A DNA stretch of 64,000 bases, taken from assembly GCA_002269645.1 (NCBI GenBank), contig NIVC01001764.1:62001-126000 (forward strand), given 5' to 3'. Positions within the stretch are counted from its first letter, which is position 1. Each line of letters starts with the position of its first letter. Of this stretch, positions 1-60,487 are shown in pieces. The position numbers and the translations under genes were made by a program. A model generated the notes under the pieces. The model was not told the origin of the DNA. It ran no database searches and was given only the letters and a program-made list of their open reading frames with translations. This DNA is from Macrostomum lignano (lineage: Eukaryota).

Positions 1-228
1 TAATCCCAGTTGCTTTAACCCCAGTTGCTTTAACCCCAGTTGCTTCAATCCCAGTTGCTTCAATCCCAGTTGCTTTAATCCCAGTTGCTTTAATCCCAGT
101 TGCTTTAATCCCAGTTGCTTTAATCCCAGTTGCTTTAATCCCAGTTGCTTTAATCCCAGTTGCTTCAATCCCAGATGCTTCAATCCCAGTTGCTTTAATC
201 CCAGTTGCTTTAACCCCAGATGCTTTAA
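1..228. repeat. 15-bp tandem minisatellite (TAATCCCAGTTGCTT)n, truncated by the window start
   Basis: Directly visible tandem units with small variants (TAAC/CAAT). Confidence 0.95.
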
Positions 229-1096
229 TTGATTTACCCCCGGTTGTTTTAATAATCCCGATTTGTTATTGTTAGTCCCGCGTGTTTAAGTCCAAGATGC
301 TTTAATAAAAATTCTCCTTTCGCAGTTGTTTTAGTTACATGTGGCTGTAATATTTACCTGGCACCTTCACGTCCGCAATTCTCGTCAAAGTTACTCAATA
401 TTCATCAATTTATTGAAATACTGGTAAGTTGTGATATGATGCAAAGGTTTCGTATTAATTTTTATTTTTAGTTTATTGGAGACTTAATTAAAGCACTATT
501 GTATTATAGCAGCTTGCCTGAATTACGCGTATTAAAAACGATACTCTGACAAAATCCGTTTGCAGCATGTAGTTTTGATAATAATTAGCTCCATTGATAT
601 AATTACTTAGATAAGAGCGTGCGGCATTTTTTGTCGCCTAATATAGAAAATTAGGAAGGCTTCTTTTATGAATCTATCTATTATGAAAGTGTGCACAGTG
701 ATGACATCAATTGCACCGCATCGTGCTATACTCATACACGACAATTGTTTTGAAGGCACGAAACTTTTGATATCTGCACTGCCACTCACTCGCCTAGGTG
801 ACAAACAAACAGAACCCTAATTGACTACGATCGTTGCTTGCCGGCTAATTACTATACCAACACGCACGCAGTCCCACATTGCTTTTTCACCTTCCTCCGA
901 TTTAAAACACCAGCGTGCGCCTGCACCCCGCCAGTCCCTCCTAACATCCAGCTGGGATGACTCACCAACCTCAGCGCCACACTTTACAGCCCTAAACACC
1001 GGTCCCCGCGACAAAACCAACCCCACCACCCCCAAGGCAGTGTGAACCACCCAAGACCATAAAATTTTCCGTCTCCCCAACCCACCCCCCTCTGGG

Positions 1097-1198
1097 CCAA
1101 TCAGGCGCTACCGGCCGGTTAACCAAAATAAAAACTACCCCGTGCCAAGCTCGCCAATTGGAAGGGGGTGGGCCGGACCGGCTAACTGGTCTATAAAA
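1097..1198 (+). promoter_or_regulatory. Pol II core promoter of the CCCH gene: CCAAT boxes and TATA box
   Basis: CCAAT at 1097-1101 and 1154-1158, TATAAAA at 1192-1198, about 125 nt upstream of the ATG at 1323, in a GC-rich context. Confidence 0.65.
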
Positions 1199-1322
1199 GA
1201 TAAGCGCCGCGTGTCTCGCCCCTTATCGCAGTAAGATTGTTGTTCAATACGAATCTGCCTGATAAATAGTGAAATAGGCATTGAATTTAACAACAAGATA
1301 CATTTGCATTTAGTTTCTTACA

Positions 1323-3604
1323 ATGGAAGATCATCACCAGCAGCAGCAGCAGACTGTAGCTCAGCCTTCGGCTAGTTCAACTGACGCGACCGCCCGCGGT
1401 TACATCAACCACAGCCCCGAAGAGCAGCCGCCTGTTTCAACAGCCACAGCTTCGGGCATGGACTTCTACAGTCAGATTCAGCAGCAGCAGCCGCCGCAAC
1501 AGCATTTTATGCCATACGCTATGAGCTACCATCCAGGCGCTGTGCCAATGCTTTACTCCGATCCGATGTACAGCACCGCGAATCGTCAGCAGGTGACACC
1601 GTGCAGCGGCCAGGGCCAACAGCAGCAGCAGCAGATGCTGCCAGCAGATCCGTACTACTACATGCAGTACCAGCACATGGCAGCCGCCGCCGCAGCCGCA
1701 GCAGCTTTTGCTATGCAGCAGCAGCAGCAGCTGTCACCTTCGACTAATTCTGCTCAACAACAGTCAACTCCGCAGTCTCTGCAGCAGCAAAAACAGCAAG
1801 AGCAGCAAATTCCGTACATCGTGAACCCCTACTATCCGCCGCCGCCGCCTCTGCCTCCATCAATGTGCTACTATCCGTATATGCAGTCGTCGCAGCCTCC
1901 CCTGCCGCCTCCATCGGCTGCTGCCAATGGCACTGTTGAGACTGCTCAACAACCAGGTCCGGAGTCTCCGCCTCAGTCTGTGCCTGCAGCTGCCACTGTG
2001 GCTTCGCCGCCTCCGGCTACTTCTCAGCAGCCGCTGATGCTGCCTGCACTGACGGCCGCACAGTTCTCGGTGCCGCCGCCGCCTATGCAGCTGCAGCATC
2101 CGATGCAGACGCCAGTCTATGATGGCAACGGTTACCAGGGCTATCCAGGTGAGTGGATTATAATTTATAGATATCAAATTCTTTTTTATATTTTTCTGCA
2201 ACTAATTGCAGATTAACCCATTTGCTAGTAATAGGGCTATCAAAGATGCAACACTCGAAATCCATAGAAAAATTTTTGAAGGCCACTTTTCGCCGAAAAA
2301 TACACTAACCGAAATAGGAAGTTTTCATTTTTGCAGCACAAAAACTGTTATAATTGCTTTTGGATATGAGGCAGACCCAATGTTCATCTGTTGATATGCT
2401 GTGCCTTTCTTATACAAGTTATAGCTCTATAGATATTCATAAAGCTTTTCGTTCAGAAAATTAGGATTTTATGTAAATTTCTTATTCTACGTTCTATATA
2501 GTGGCTCTTAATCCTATCGAAAGCAATAATAAATAGAATAATTTCAATCTCCGTAGTCTATTGTTCGGCGAAAAGTGGCCTTCAAAACTTTCGTTTCCAT
2601 GAAACTCGAGTGTCGCGTCCTGTATTTACCTAACCTAATATACGTACGAGTATATATATCAGTAGTCAGTCAATCAAGTACATTTATAAATGCATAACTA
2701 TATCGTTATTTTTCTGCACTTAATTCGTTCAGGCTACAGCGACCAGCATCAGCAATACTCGTACTATCCAGTACCTGTGCAGCAGAATCAGGCCCCGCAA
2801 CTAGAGGAGGCTGGCACCCAGCATCATCAGCAGCAGTTGGAAGCTCCAGCCCCAGCACGCCACCAGCAGCAGAATCAGCAGCAGTCTTATCCCATTACTC
2901 CGCGTCGCAAGAACGGCTACATGCACAACATTCTGTACAAGACCGAGCTCTGCCGCGACGTGCAAGACAAAGGCCAGTGCCCGCGCGGCAAGACCTGCCA
3001 GTTCGCTCATTCGCCAGCCGAGCTGCACGATCCCAGGCGTCATCCGCTCTACAAGACCGCTTTCTGCTTTGATTATAAGAATCGCGGCTTCTGCCCGCGC
3101 GGGCCTCACTGCTTTCACGTGCACGACCTGTCTGAGCTGAAGACTCCGCCAGCTTTCATTACTCCGCCTCAAGTTCTGTTGCCGCCTGCCGCATCTGCTG
3201 CTACCCCTTTTGCTGCTTCTGGAAGCAACCCAAGGTCGGCTAAGACTCATGCTGGACGGTACAATCGGCGCAGGAATGTACCGCAGCAGCAGCAGCAGCA
3301 ACAGAAGCCAGATGACTCTGTTCAGCAGAAGGATCAGCAGGATAATGCGGAGACTCCGTTCAACTATTTGATGAAGAAGTTGCAGAGTGGCAAACAGCAG
3401 CAGCAGTCCAGTGCCGAGTTGCAGCCTCTGCTACTGGAAGATGCCAAGAAGAACCAGCAGGAGCAAAAGCAGCAGGAGAAGAAGTCTTCTGTTGATAGCG
3501 ACTGCAAGGAATCTGCCGCTGCAGCTGACGGGATTCGGGACAAAGCTGACAGTCTTTGTTTGGACGACGCTTTCGCTCTGGAACCGGTTCGCAGCGCTCA
3601 GTAG
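1323..3604 (+). CDS. ZFP36-like: Tandem CCCH zinc-finger RNA-binding protein of the TIS11/ZFP36 (tristetraprolin) type, ~565 aa, with a Q/P-rich N-terminus; exons 1323-2148 and 2733-3604
   Basis: Donor CCAG|GTGAGT at 2149 and acceptor TTCAG|G at 2732 join in phase 1. Exon 2 encodes YKTELC-x8-C-x5-C-x3-H, an 18-aa linker and YKTAFC-x8-C-x5-C-x3-H, the exact TZF spacing. The family is secure; orthology is not. Confidence 0.92.
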
Positions 3605-3618
3605 GTTTCCATGGCAAC
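3605..3618. promoter_or_regulatory. RFX X-box motif GTTTCCATGGCAAC
   Basis: Matches the X-box consensus GTHNYY-AT-RRNAAC; starts immediately after the CCCH stop codon. Confidence 0.55.
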
Positions 3619-3783
3619 CGACTTGTCTTAGTATAAATCATCGCGATATTTGACGAGAACTTTTTTTTCTAGCTTGGTTTTAAATTTTGCCTCTCTTGAT
3701 TGCACTGCACAAATTTGCTCCGCACCCCTCCAAAAATTTCACAGCTGTTTAGTCTGATGCGAAACGTCTTGATTTCTGATCAC

Positions 3784-3797
3784 GTCTCCATGGCAAC
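3784..3797. promoter_or_regulatory. RFX X-box motif GTCTCCATGGCAAC
   Basis: Second consensus match about 180 bp after the first; the flanks differ between copies. Confidence 0.55.
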
Positions 3798-4310
3798 GGT
3801 CGATTTTGTATCATTTTTTGTTGGCCAATTTTTTTGGTACTCTCTTTGTCAAGTTGAGGCCATCCATTTCTGTTCTTAGCCTGCTAATCTGCACTTAATC
3901 CAATGCACTTCACTTTGCGTACCGCGTTTACTTTGTCAAGGCCTGCAATTTGTTTAAAAAAATAACACTTTAATCTCGTAGTATAATTACTTTTAACCCG
4001 CGCGGTTTTAATTTTTCTTATTATGGTCTGCGTTGATGTACAAAACAATTCAAGCTATTAACTAACTACATGATTAGTTTTTCAGTTTCAATTCAATTTA
4101 GCGTGTCTGGTTGCTGACTTGTTTGATTTTACTTTATAACAAGTTTACTATTAAGTTGCGTCCTTAAAGCTTCTACTCTCTGTCTGGTTTCTGGTATACT
4201 TATATATTTCTCATAATTTGTGCTCTGAAAAAAAATCTTAACAAAATTTGATTTTTTTATCGACTCGAATCGATTTTGTATCGCAATTATTTTTCCATTT
4301 TGCTCTTCAA

Positions 4311-4316
4311 AATAAA
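4311..4316 (+). terminator. Probable polyadenylation signal of the CCCH gene
   Basis: AATAAA about 700 nt after the stop, at the end of a T-rich UTR-like stretch. Confidence 0.4.
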
Positions 4317-4794
4317 CAAGTACTGTTTCTCTTGATTACAGTTTACTGACAGTGGCTAACATAAACGCTTTAGACAAAAAACGATGAGCTCTGCATTCAA
4401 AAAAGTATTTGAATTTTATTCGCAATTATTAACTCAAAATCGGCACAAAGTGTTAAAGACTTGATGTAGATATTAATTAACAATTTGTTCCAAGAGATGT
4501 TAAATTTGAATTTGACGCTCTCGCTATAGTAATTTTCGTACATACATGTACAACTTTGGCTATTGAGCTTATGAATAAAAAGAAATAAGTGGGGACACAA
4601 TAATGTACACTATAGAGGGGCGCCATGATACATGTACACTAGAGGGCGCCCTAGAGGGGCGCCATACTGAGCAAACGGAGGGGCCGCACCCCCTCCCCGT
4701 ACCCCGGCCCCCAAAACTCCACGGAAAAGAAAAAAAAGGCCAGGGCCGGGGGCATCAGAAACCCTAAAAATCACAACTCCAAAAAGTGCGTTTT

Positions 4795-5026
4795 CCATCA
4801 TAAACCCGAAATATTACAAACCGAAATATCATAACTCCGAAAACCAAAATAATAGCAAAAAGACGACTTAAGTAGATGACTCTGTACATGTACATGTAAG
4901 TCGATCTACTTGTCGTCCTTGAATAGCATATGATGGACACTGCTAGAACTTTCGGAGTTATGATATTTCGGGTCTATGATTGATAGGAAGTGCTTTCAAA
5001 GTTGTGGTTTTTCGGGTATATGATGG
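4795..5026. mobile_element. Foldback / MITE-like nested inverted repeat
   Basis: Perfect 22-bp arms 4821-4842 / 4950-4971, 16-of-17 outer arms 4795-4811 / 5010-5026, central palindrome TACATGTACATGTA at 4885-4898. Confidence 0.55.
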
Positions 5027-5505
5027 CGACTGAAAAAATATAGAAATGAAACTTTCCTTACGCAACAGAACACAATGTTGTGTATTCTTAGATTAAAAAA
5101 TGAAAATCAAATATAAAAATATTAAACTGAGTTTTAAGTCAAAGAAAGAATATAAACCTGCATTTCACGGCTTTTTTCTAGAACACATTTATTATACTTG
5201 TCTTGTTTCCTTGCATTATCGTGGAAATTTTTAATTTTGCGAAAACAAGGTTTTTTAATCAGGATTAAAGACATTAAGACAGGCTCTAGGTAAGGTATCA
5301 AGCATCGGTGATTTAAAATATGCACAAATTCAATTCCCACTTGCCAATATAGTTTTTTATGACCTAAACAGCACATTTTGCTATTTTTTTACTATAGTCA
5401 ACTTGTCAAGCTTTCGGCAAGATAATTTTTATCATTTCGGCGGTTCCTAAAGATTTTGAAGAAATTCCATCGAGTTTGCTTCAATAAATTCAATTGCTTG
5501 TTTAG

Positions 5506-28549
<23,044 letters not shown>

Positions 28550-29339
28550 TTGTTCTTGTACTTTTCCTGCTTCTTTTATTATAGTTGTAATATTTCCACT
28601 ACAGTACTGACTACTCGTTATAAGTAGAAATATTGGCGTTTTTTCTCTGTTCTCTTTTCTACGTTTGATTCAATGTAATCTCGATTTTTTTATATCAGAC
28701 AATTTGAAAGCGAAATTCCTTACCATTTATTGTCATTTCATTAGCGTCATATTTGTTATAGGATTTAATTGCCCTTCATCATCGAAATTACCCTATTGGC
28801 ACAGATCAACTATATATAGCTCCAATTGTTGCGCGTGACAAACTTTATACTTGTATAGTTCTCTAAAATTATAGTCGCTTCTAAATTTTGTTGTCTGTTT
28901 TGTTCCAGCCAAAATCCCTACCAGATGCTTTGTTGACAGCGTACACATAATTGAAACAAATCATTGTGATTAACATCTATTTAACTATAGCTAAATTCGA
29001 TTTTTTGTCTATTTGTCGTGCGTGTATAACAAGTCTACTCATTTTCTGTACTAATAGTAGTATGCATGAGAGTTTGTCAAATTTATGGCTGTGTTTACGA
29101 CGTCTGCAACAAAGCCCGCTTGTTAGTGTGACCATCAGCAATAAATTTGTTTTTGAGAACATCATATTCTGCTTTAGTAATATTATTACTGCTGCTTTAT
29201 GTGTCATTAATATTAGATAATTTATGTAAATATACATGAATTTTTTATTTTGTATGCTAGGATATAAACAATAGCGATTATTCAGTCATTAAAATATTAA
29301 AAAACCATTTTTGTCTTTCTTTTTTATGGCTTGCGACAC

Positions 29340-29912
29340 GACCTCCCACCTCACTTTGCAACTCCACTCTGGCACCCACCTCACTCCGCAACCCCACTAG
29401 CACCCACCTCACTCCGCAGCCCCACTCTGGCACCCACTTCACTCCACAACCCCACTATACTCGTAGCACCCACCTCACTCCGCAACCCCACTCCAGCACC
29501 CACCTCACTCCACAACCCACTCTGGCACCCACCTCACTCCGCAACCCCACTCTAGCACCCACCTCACTCCGCAACCCCACTAGCACCCACCTCACTCCGC
29601 AGCCCCACTCTGGCACCCACTTCACTCCACAACCCCACTATACTCGTAGCACCCACCTCACTCCGCAACCCCACTCCAGCACCCACCTCACTCCACAACC
29701 CACTCTGACACCCACCTCACTCCCCAACCCTACTAGCACCCACCTCAGTCCGCAGCCCCACTCTGGCACCCACTTCACTCCACAACCCCACTATAGCACC
29801 CACCTCACTCCGCAACCCCACTCTAGCACCCACCTCACTCCGCAACCCCACTCTAGCACCCACCTCACTCCGCAGTCCCACTCTGGCACCCACCTCACTC
29901 CGCTATCCCACT
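29340..29912. repeat. ~28-30-bp C-rich minisatellite (GCACCCACCTCACTCCGCAACCCCACTCTA)n
   Basis: Visible tandem units, intergenic. Confidence 0.93.
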
Positions 29913-30364
29913 TAAGCAAGTCAAGAAACTGATTTAAAAAATTGTAGAATATTATGCTATTTTCTAACAAAAATTCAATGCTTTATTGTTGCATTTTCCT
30001 TTTTTGCCTTGCATTCGGCAAAGGATGTTTCCGGTTAGTATGATACAGTGTCATTCAATATTGCACGATAAATATTCAGCATTCAGCAAGCAGGGTGATA
30101 TGATAATTTGCTCTGTTTTTCAATCAATACGAAAAATCCACGTGTTTATGAGTAAATAGACATTGACAAGTAATGAGGCAATTTTCTATGCAAGGGTAAA
30201 TATGGCGGGAAACGGTGTTATAAAGTTTGTAAGCACAAGCCAAACGAAACATGAGGTGTGTTGATGGGTCATTTTGTTGGGAAATGCATCTCTAAATGTG
30301 ACAAGTTTGATAACCGCTGTGTTTTTAGTTATGTTTCTGGTGTCTATAGTATGGGTTGGTTTTT

Positions 30365-31650
30365 GTCTGGCGCCTGTATTTGGGTTTTTTAGGTGCCTAT
30401 ATTTGGGTGTTTTAAGCGTCTATATTTGGGTTGTTTTAGCGCCTATATTTAGGTTTTTTAGGTGCCTATATTTGGGTGTTTTAGGTGCCTATATTTGGGT
30501 GTTTTAGGTGCCTATATTTGGGTGTTTTAAGCGTCTATATTTGGGTTGTTTTAGCGCCTATATTTAGGTTTTTTAGGTGCCTATATTTGGGTGTTTTAGG
30601 TGCCTATATTTGGGTGTTCTAGGTGCCTATATTTGGGTGTTTTAAGCGTCTATATTTGGGTTGTTTTAGCGCCTATATTTAGGTTTTTTAGGTGCCTATA
30701 TTTGGGTGTTTTAGGTGCCTATATTTGGGTGTTTTAGGTGCCTATATTTGGGTGTTTTAAGCGTCTATATTTGGGTGTTTTAGGCGCCTATATTTGGGTG
30801 TTTTAGGCACCTATATTTGGGTGTTTTAGGCGCCTATATTTGGGTGTTTTAGGTGCCTATATTTGGGTGTTTTAGGTGCCTATATTTGGGTGTTTTAGGT
30901 GCCTATATTTGGGTGTTTTAGGCGCCTATATTTGGGTGTTTTAGGCGCCTATATTTGGGTGTTTTAGGTGCCTATATTTGGGTGTTTTAGGTGCCTATAT
31001 TTGGGTGTTTTAGGTGCCTATATTTGGGTGTTTTAGGCGCCTATATTTGGGTGTTTTAGGCGCCTATATTTGGGTGTTTTAGGCGTCTATATTTGGGTGT
31101 TTTAGGCGCCTATATTTGGGTGTTTTAGGCGCCTATATTTGGGTGTTTTAGGTGCCTATATTTGAGTGTTTTAGGTGCCTATATTTGGGTGTTTTAGGTG
31201 CCTATATTTGGGTGTTTTAGGCGCCTATATTTGGGTGTTTTAGGCGCCTATATTTGGGTGTTTTAGGCGCCTATATTTGGGTATTTTAGCGCCTATATTT
31301 AGGTTTTTTGGTCATCTATATTTGGGTTTTTTAGGCGCCTGTATTTGGGTTGTTTTAGCGCTTTAGGTTTTTTAGTCATCTATTTTTGGGTGTTTTAGGC
31401 GCCTATATTTGGGTTTTTTAGGCACCTATATTTGGGTGTTTTAGGCGCCTATATTTGGTTGTTTTAGGCGCCTATATTTGGGTGTTTTAGGCGCCTATAT
31501 TTGGGTGTTTTAGGTGCCTATATTTGGGTGTTTTAGGTGCCTATATTTGGGTGTTTTAGGCGCCTATATTTTGGTGTTTTAGGCACCTATATTTGGGTGT
31601 TTTATTTAGCGCCTATATTTGGTTGTTTGTGGCGCCTGTTTTTGGGCTGT
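30365..31650. repeat. 23-bp minisatellite (TTTAGGTGCCTATATTTGGGTGT)n, ~1.3 kb
   Basis: Period 23 checked at 30841/30864. Confidence 0.96.
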
Positions 31651-31862
31651 TACAGTTTAAGCGCCAATGTGCAGGCTGCTTTTGGCGCCCGCTCACATAC
31701 TGCTGACAAACGTACCCTAATCGTGCATTTTGAAACGTGGAAGCGCGATAAACAGAAAGTGTCAAAGTTAGCTATTCAAAGGTCGATCATTGTTTGTTCG
31801 CTCCAGAAGTTGACGAATTAAGCAAAATGAAATATTGCTTAACAAGGCAGAACATCAGCCTG

Positions 31863-58309
<26,447 letters not shown>

Positions 58310-58433
58310 TTCCTGCGTAAAATACTCGTTGGTCAATTTGATTTGTGCGCCTGGGATTCAGGTCCTTCACACAGGAAGGTCTTGTGAGTTGAACACTTTC
58401 AATTAAGTCTCTGAAAAGGGGACTGCTGCCCAA

Positions 58434-58463
58434 CCAATGGACAAATGCTTCAATTCTCATTGG
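58434..58463 (-). promoter_or_regulatory. Two CCAAT boxes in the probable furin promoter / 5' region
   Basis: CCAAT at 58434-58438 (+) and ATTGG at 58459-58463, 125-155 nt upstream of the furin ATG. No TSS evidence. Confidence 0.3.
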
Positions 58464-58589
58464 CTGCTCAGTGCAGACTGGAGCCAGGCGACAAAATTCT
58501 TTGCACACTACTCAAACTAGTAGGATATTAAAATATTTAACGATAAGCTTGATTTGTGATTTTTCGTAACTTATTTGTATTCAAATTCA

Positions 58590-59342
58590 TCCATGATATT
58601 GACTTAGCATTGGATTAGCAATCTATTCTACTCTAATTGATCTCAATTATATTGGCTAGATTAGCAATCCATTCTTTTCCAATTGATCCCAATGATATTG
58701 ACTAGATTAGCAATCCATTCTTTTCCAATTGATCCCAATGATATTGGCTAGATTAGCAATCCATTCTTTTCCAATTGATCCCAATTATATTGACTAGATT
58801 AGCAATCTATTCTACTCCAATTGATCCCAATTATATTGACTAGATTAGCAATCCATTCTTTTTTAATTGATCCCAATTATATTGACTAGATTAGCAATCC
58901 ATTCTTTTCCAATTGATCCCAATTATATGGGCTAGATTAGCAGTCCATTCTTTTTTAATTGATCTCAATTATATTGACTAGATTAGCAATCCATTCTTTT
59001 TTAATTGATCCCAATGATATTGACTAGATTAGCAATCCATTCTTTTTTAATTGATCTCAATTATATTGACTAGATTAGCAATCCATTCTTTTCCAATTGA
59101 TCCCAATGATATTGACTAGATTAGCAATCCATTCTTTTCCAATTGATCCCAATGATATTGACTAGATTAGCAATCCATTCTTTTCCAATTGATCCCAATG
59201 ATATTGACTAGATTAGCAATCCATTCTTTTCTAATTGATCCCAATGATATTGACTAGATTAGCAATCCATTCTTTTCCAATTGATCCCAATTATATTGAC
59301 TAGATTAGCAATCCATTCTTTTCCAATTGATCCCAATGATAT
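58590..59342. repeat. 46-bp minisatellite (TATTGACTAGATTAGCAATCCATTCTTTTCCAATTGATCCCAATGA)n
   Basis: Period 46 checked at 59101/59147; ends exactly at the LTR. Confidence 0.95.
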
Positions 59343-59516
59343 TATGGGTATTTTGTTGTACTTTTTATTTGCAACTCAGTTTGTCATAAATTACCATAGA
59401 CTAATTTCCTTTTACAGTTCTTTCTCGCAGTTAAGTTTCTCGCCCCAAGCCCTCTCGTCTTTAACTCATAAAATATATTGCAATTCAAATCTAAGTTAAG
59501 TTGTAGTTTCACTACA
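59343..59516 (+). repeat. 5' LTR (~174 bp)
   Basis: The first 117 nt are identical to 63884-64000; ends ...ACTACA just before the PBS. Confidence 0.9.
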
Positions 59517-59519
59517 AAT

Positions 59520-59537
59520 TGGTCCGGTGAGGCGGCG
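59520..59537 (+). other. Primer-binding site TGGTCCGGTGAGGCGGCG
   Basis: Begins with TGG 3 nt after the LTR end, complementary to a tRNA 3' CCA end. Confidence 0.75.
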
Positions 59538-59581
59538 AAAGATATTACTCGCATACTCAATACTCACAGAAGACAAATCCA

Positions 59582-60487
59582 ATGACGGACAGTGCAAGCA
59601 ACAATTCCGCTCCTACACCACCTACAACCACGCAAGCCGCACCAAGTTCGGCCGCACCAGTGGTTACACATGCAGTAGGAAACGCCGCCGACACCGCTTC
59701 AGTCTCCCTGGCCCACCTGAAGCTGCCAATCTTCTATCGCAACAACCCGGAAGCATGGTTCCTCACGCTGGAGGCCCAGTTTATGCTCAACAGGGTGACC
59801 AACGAGACCGCCAAATTTTACCACCTAGTCTCTCATCTACCGGAGGATATCGCGGCTCTGCACTTGTCCGCTCAGACTCCAAAATAGTATGAACAACTGA
59901 AAACAGCGATTACATCGACTCTGCAAAAGTCCAAGCAGCAGAAGGTTTCGGAAGTATTGCAAGTCTCGGACCTCGGAGGAGACAAGCCATCAATCTTCAT
60001 GCGCAAACTCCGGAGCAAGATGGAGCAGTGCCAGATACAGCCCGACGAGGAACTCCTCAAGGCCACTCTGATGCGCTGTCTTCCACAGGACCTTCGTATC
60101 GCACTGTCGGGATTCCAACAGCAGTCATCCCAGCAAATTTCCGAGATTGCTGACTCGATGTTGGTCGTCAGAGGCCTTAGCTCTCCATCGCCAGCGACAG
60201 TTTGTCCAATTCAGCAGGCCGGTGCAGATAGGACACCCCAACAGCGCTTTGAGCAAGCTCCACACCGACAAGCACCTGGTAAGCCCACTGGAACAGACCC
60301 ATTTAAGCCTGGCCAACGCCCCGTCGTTTGCCGCTCACACCTCTACTATGGCCGCCGTGCTCGGTCGTGTCGCCCCTGGTGCCAGTTTCCCAAGGACAGC
60401 TCGCGTCCGATCCGAGTGCTGCATCCCAATGAAAAAACGCCATCTCAGTCGCGTTCATCATCACCTTCTCGACAGCCGGAAAACTAA
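59582..60487 (+). pseudogene. gag: gag, interrupted by an in-frame TAG at 59885-59887
   Basis: LKLPIFYRNNPEAWFLTLEAQF gypsy-type capsid motif, continuing in the same frame as YEQLK...GGDKPSIFMRKLR; C-terminal CRSHLYYGRRARSCRPWC Cys/His motif. Confidence 0.85.

Noticed and set aside
1-228. Telomere-like repeat at the window start
   Set aside because: The unit is 15 bp (TAATCCCAGTTGCTT), not (CCCTAA)n; the resemblance is limited to TAACCC in a few variants.
3605-4320. AU-rich-element autoregulation in the CCCH gene 3' UTR
   Set aside because: The UTR is T-rich but I see no clustered UAUUUAU nonamers.
59885-59893. Programmed stop-codon readthrough in gag
   Set aside because: The stop lies mid-capsid and lacks a known readthrough context; a nonsense mutation or sequencing error is simpler.
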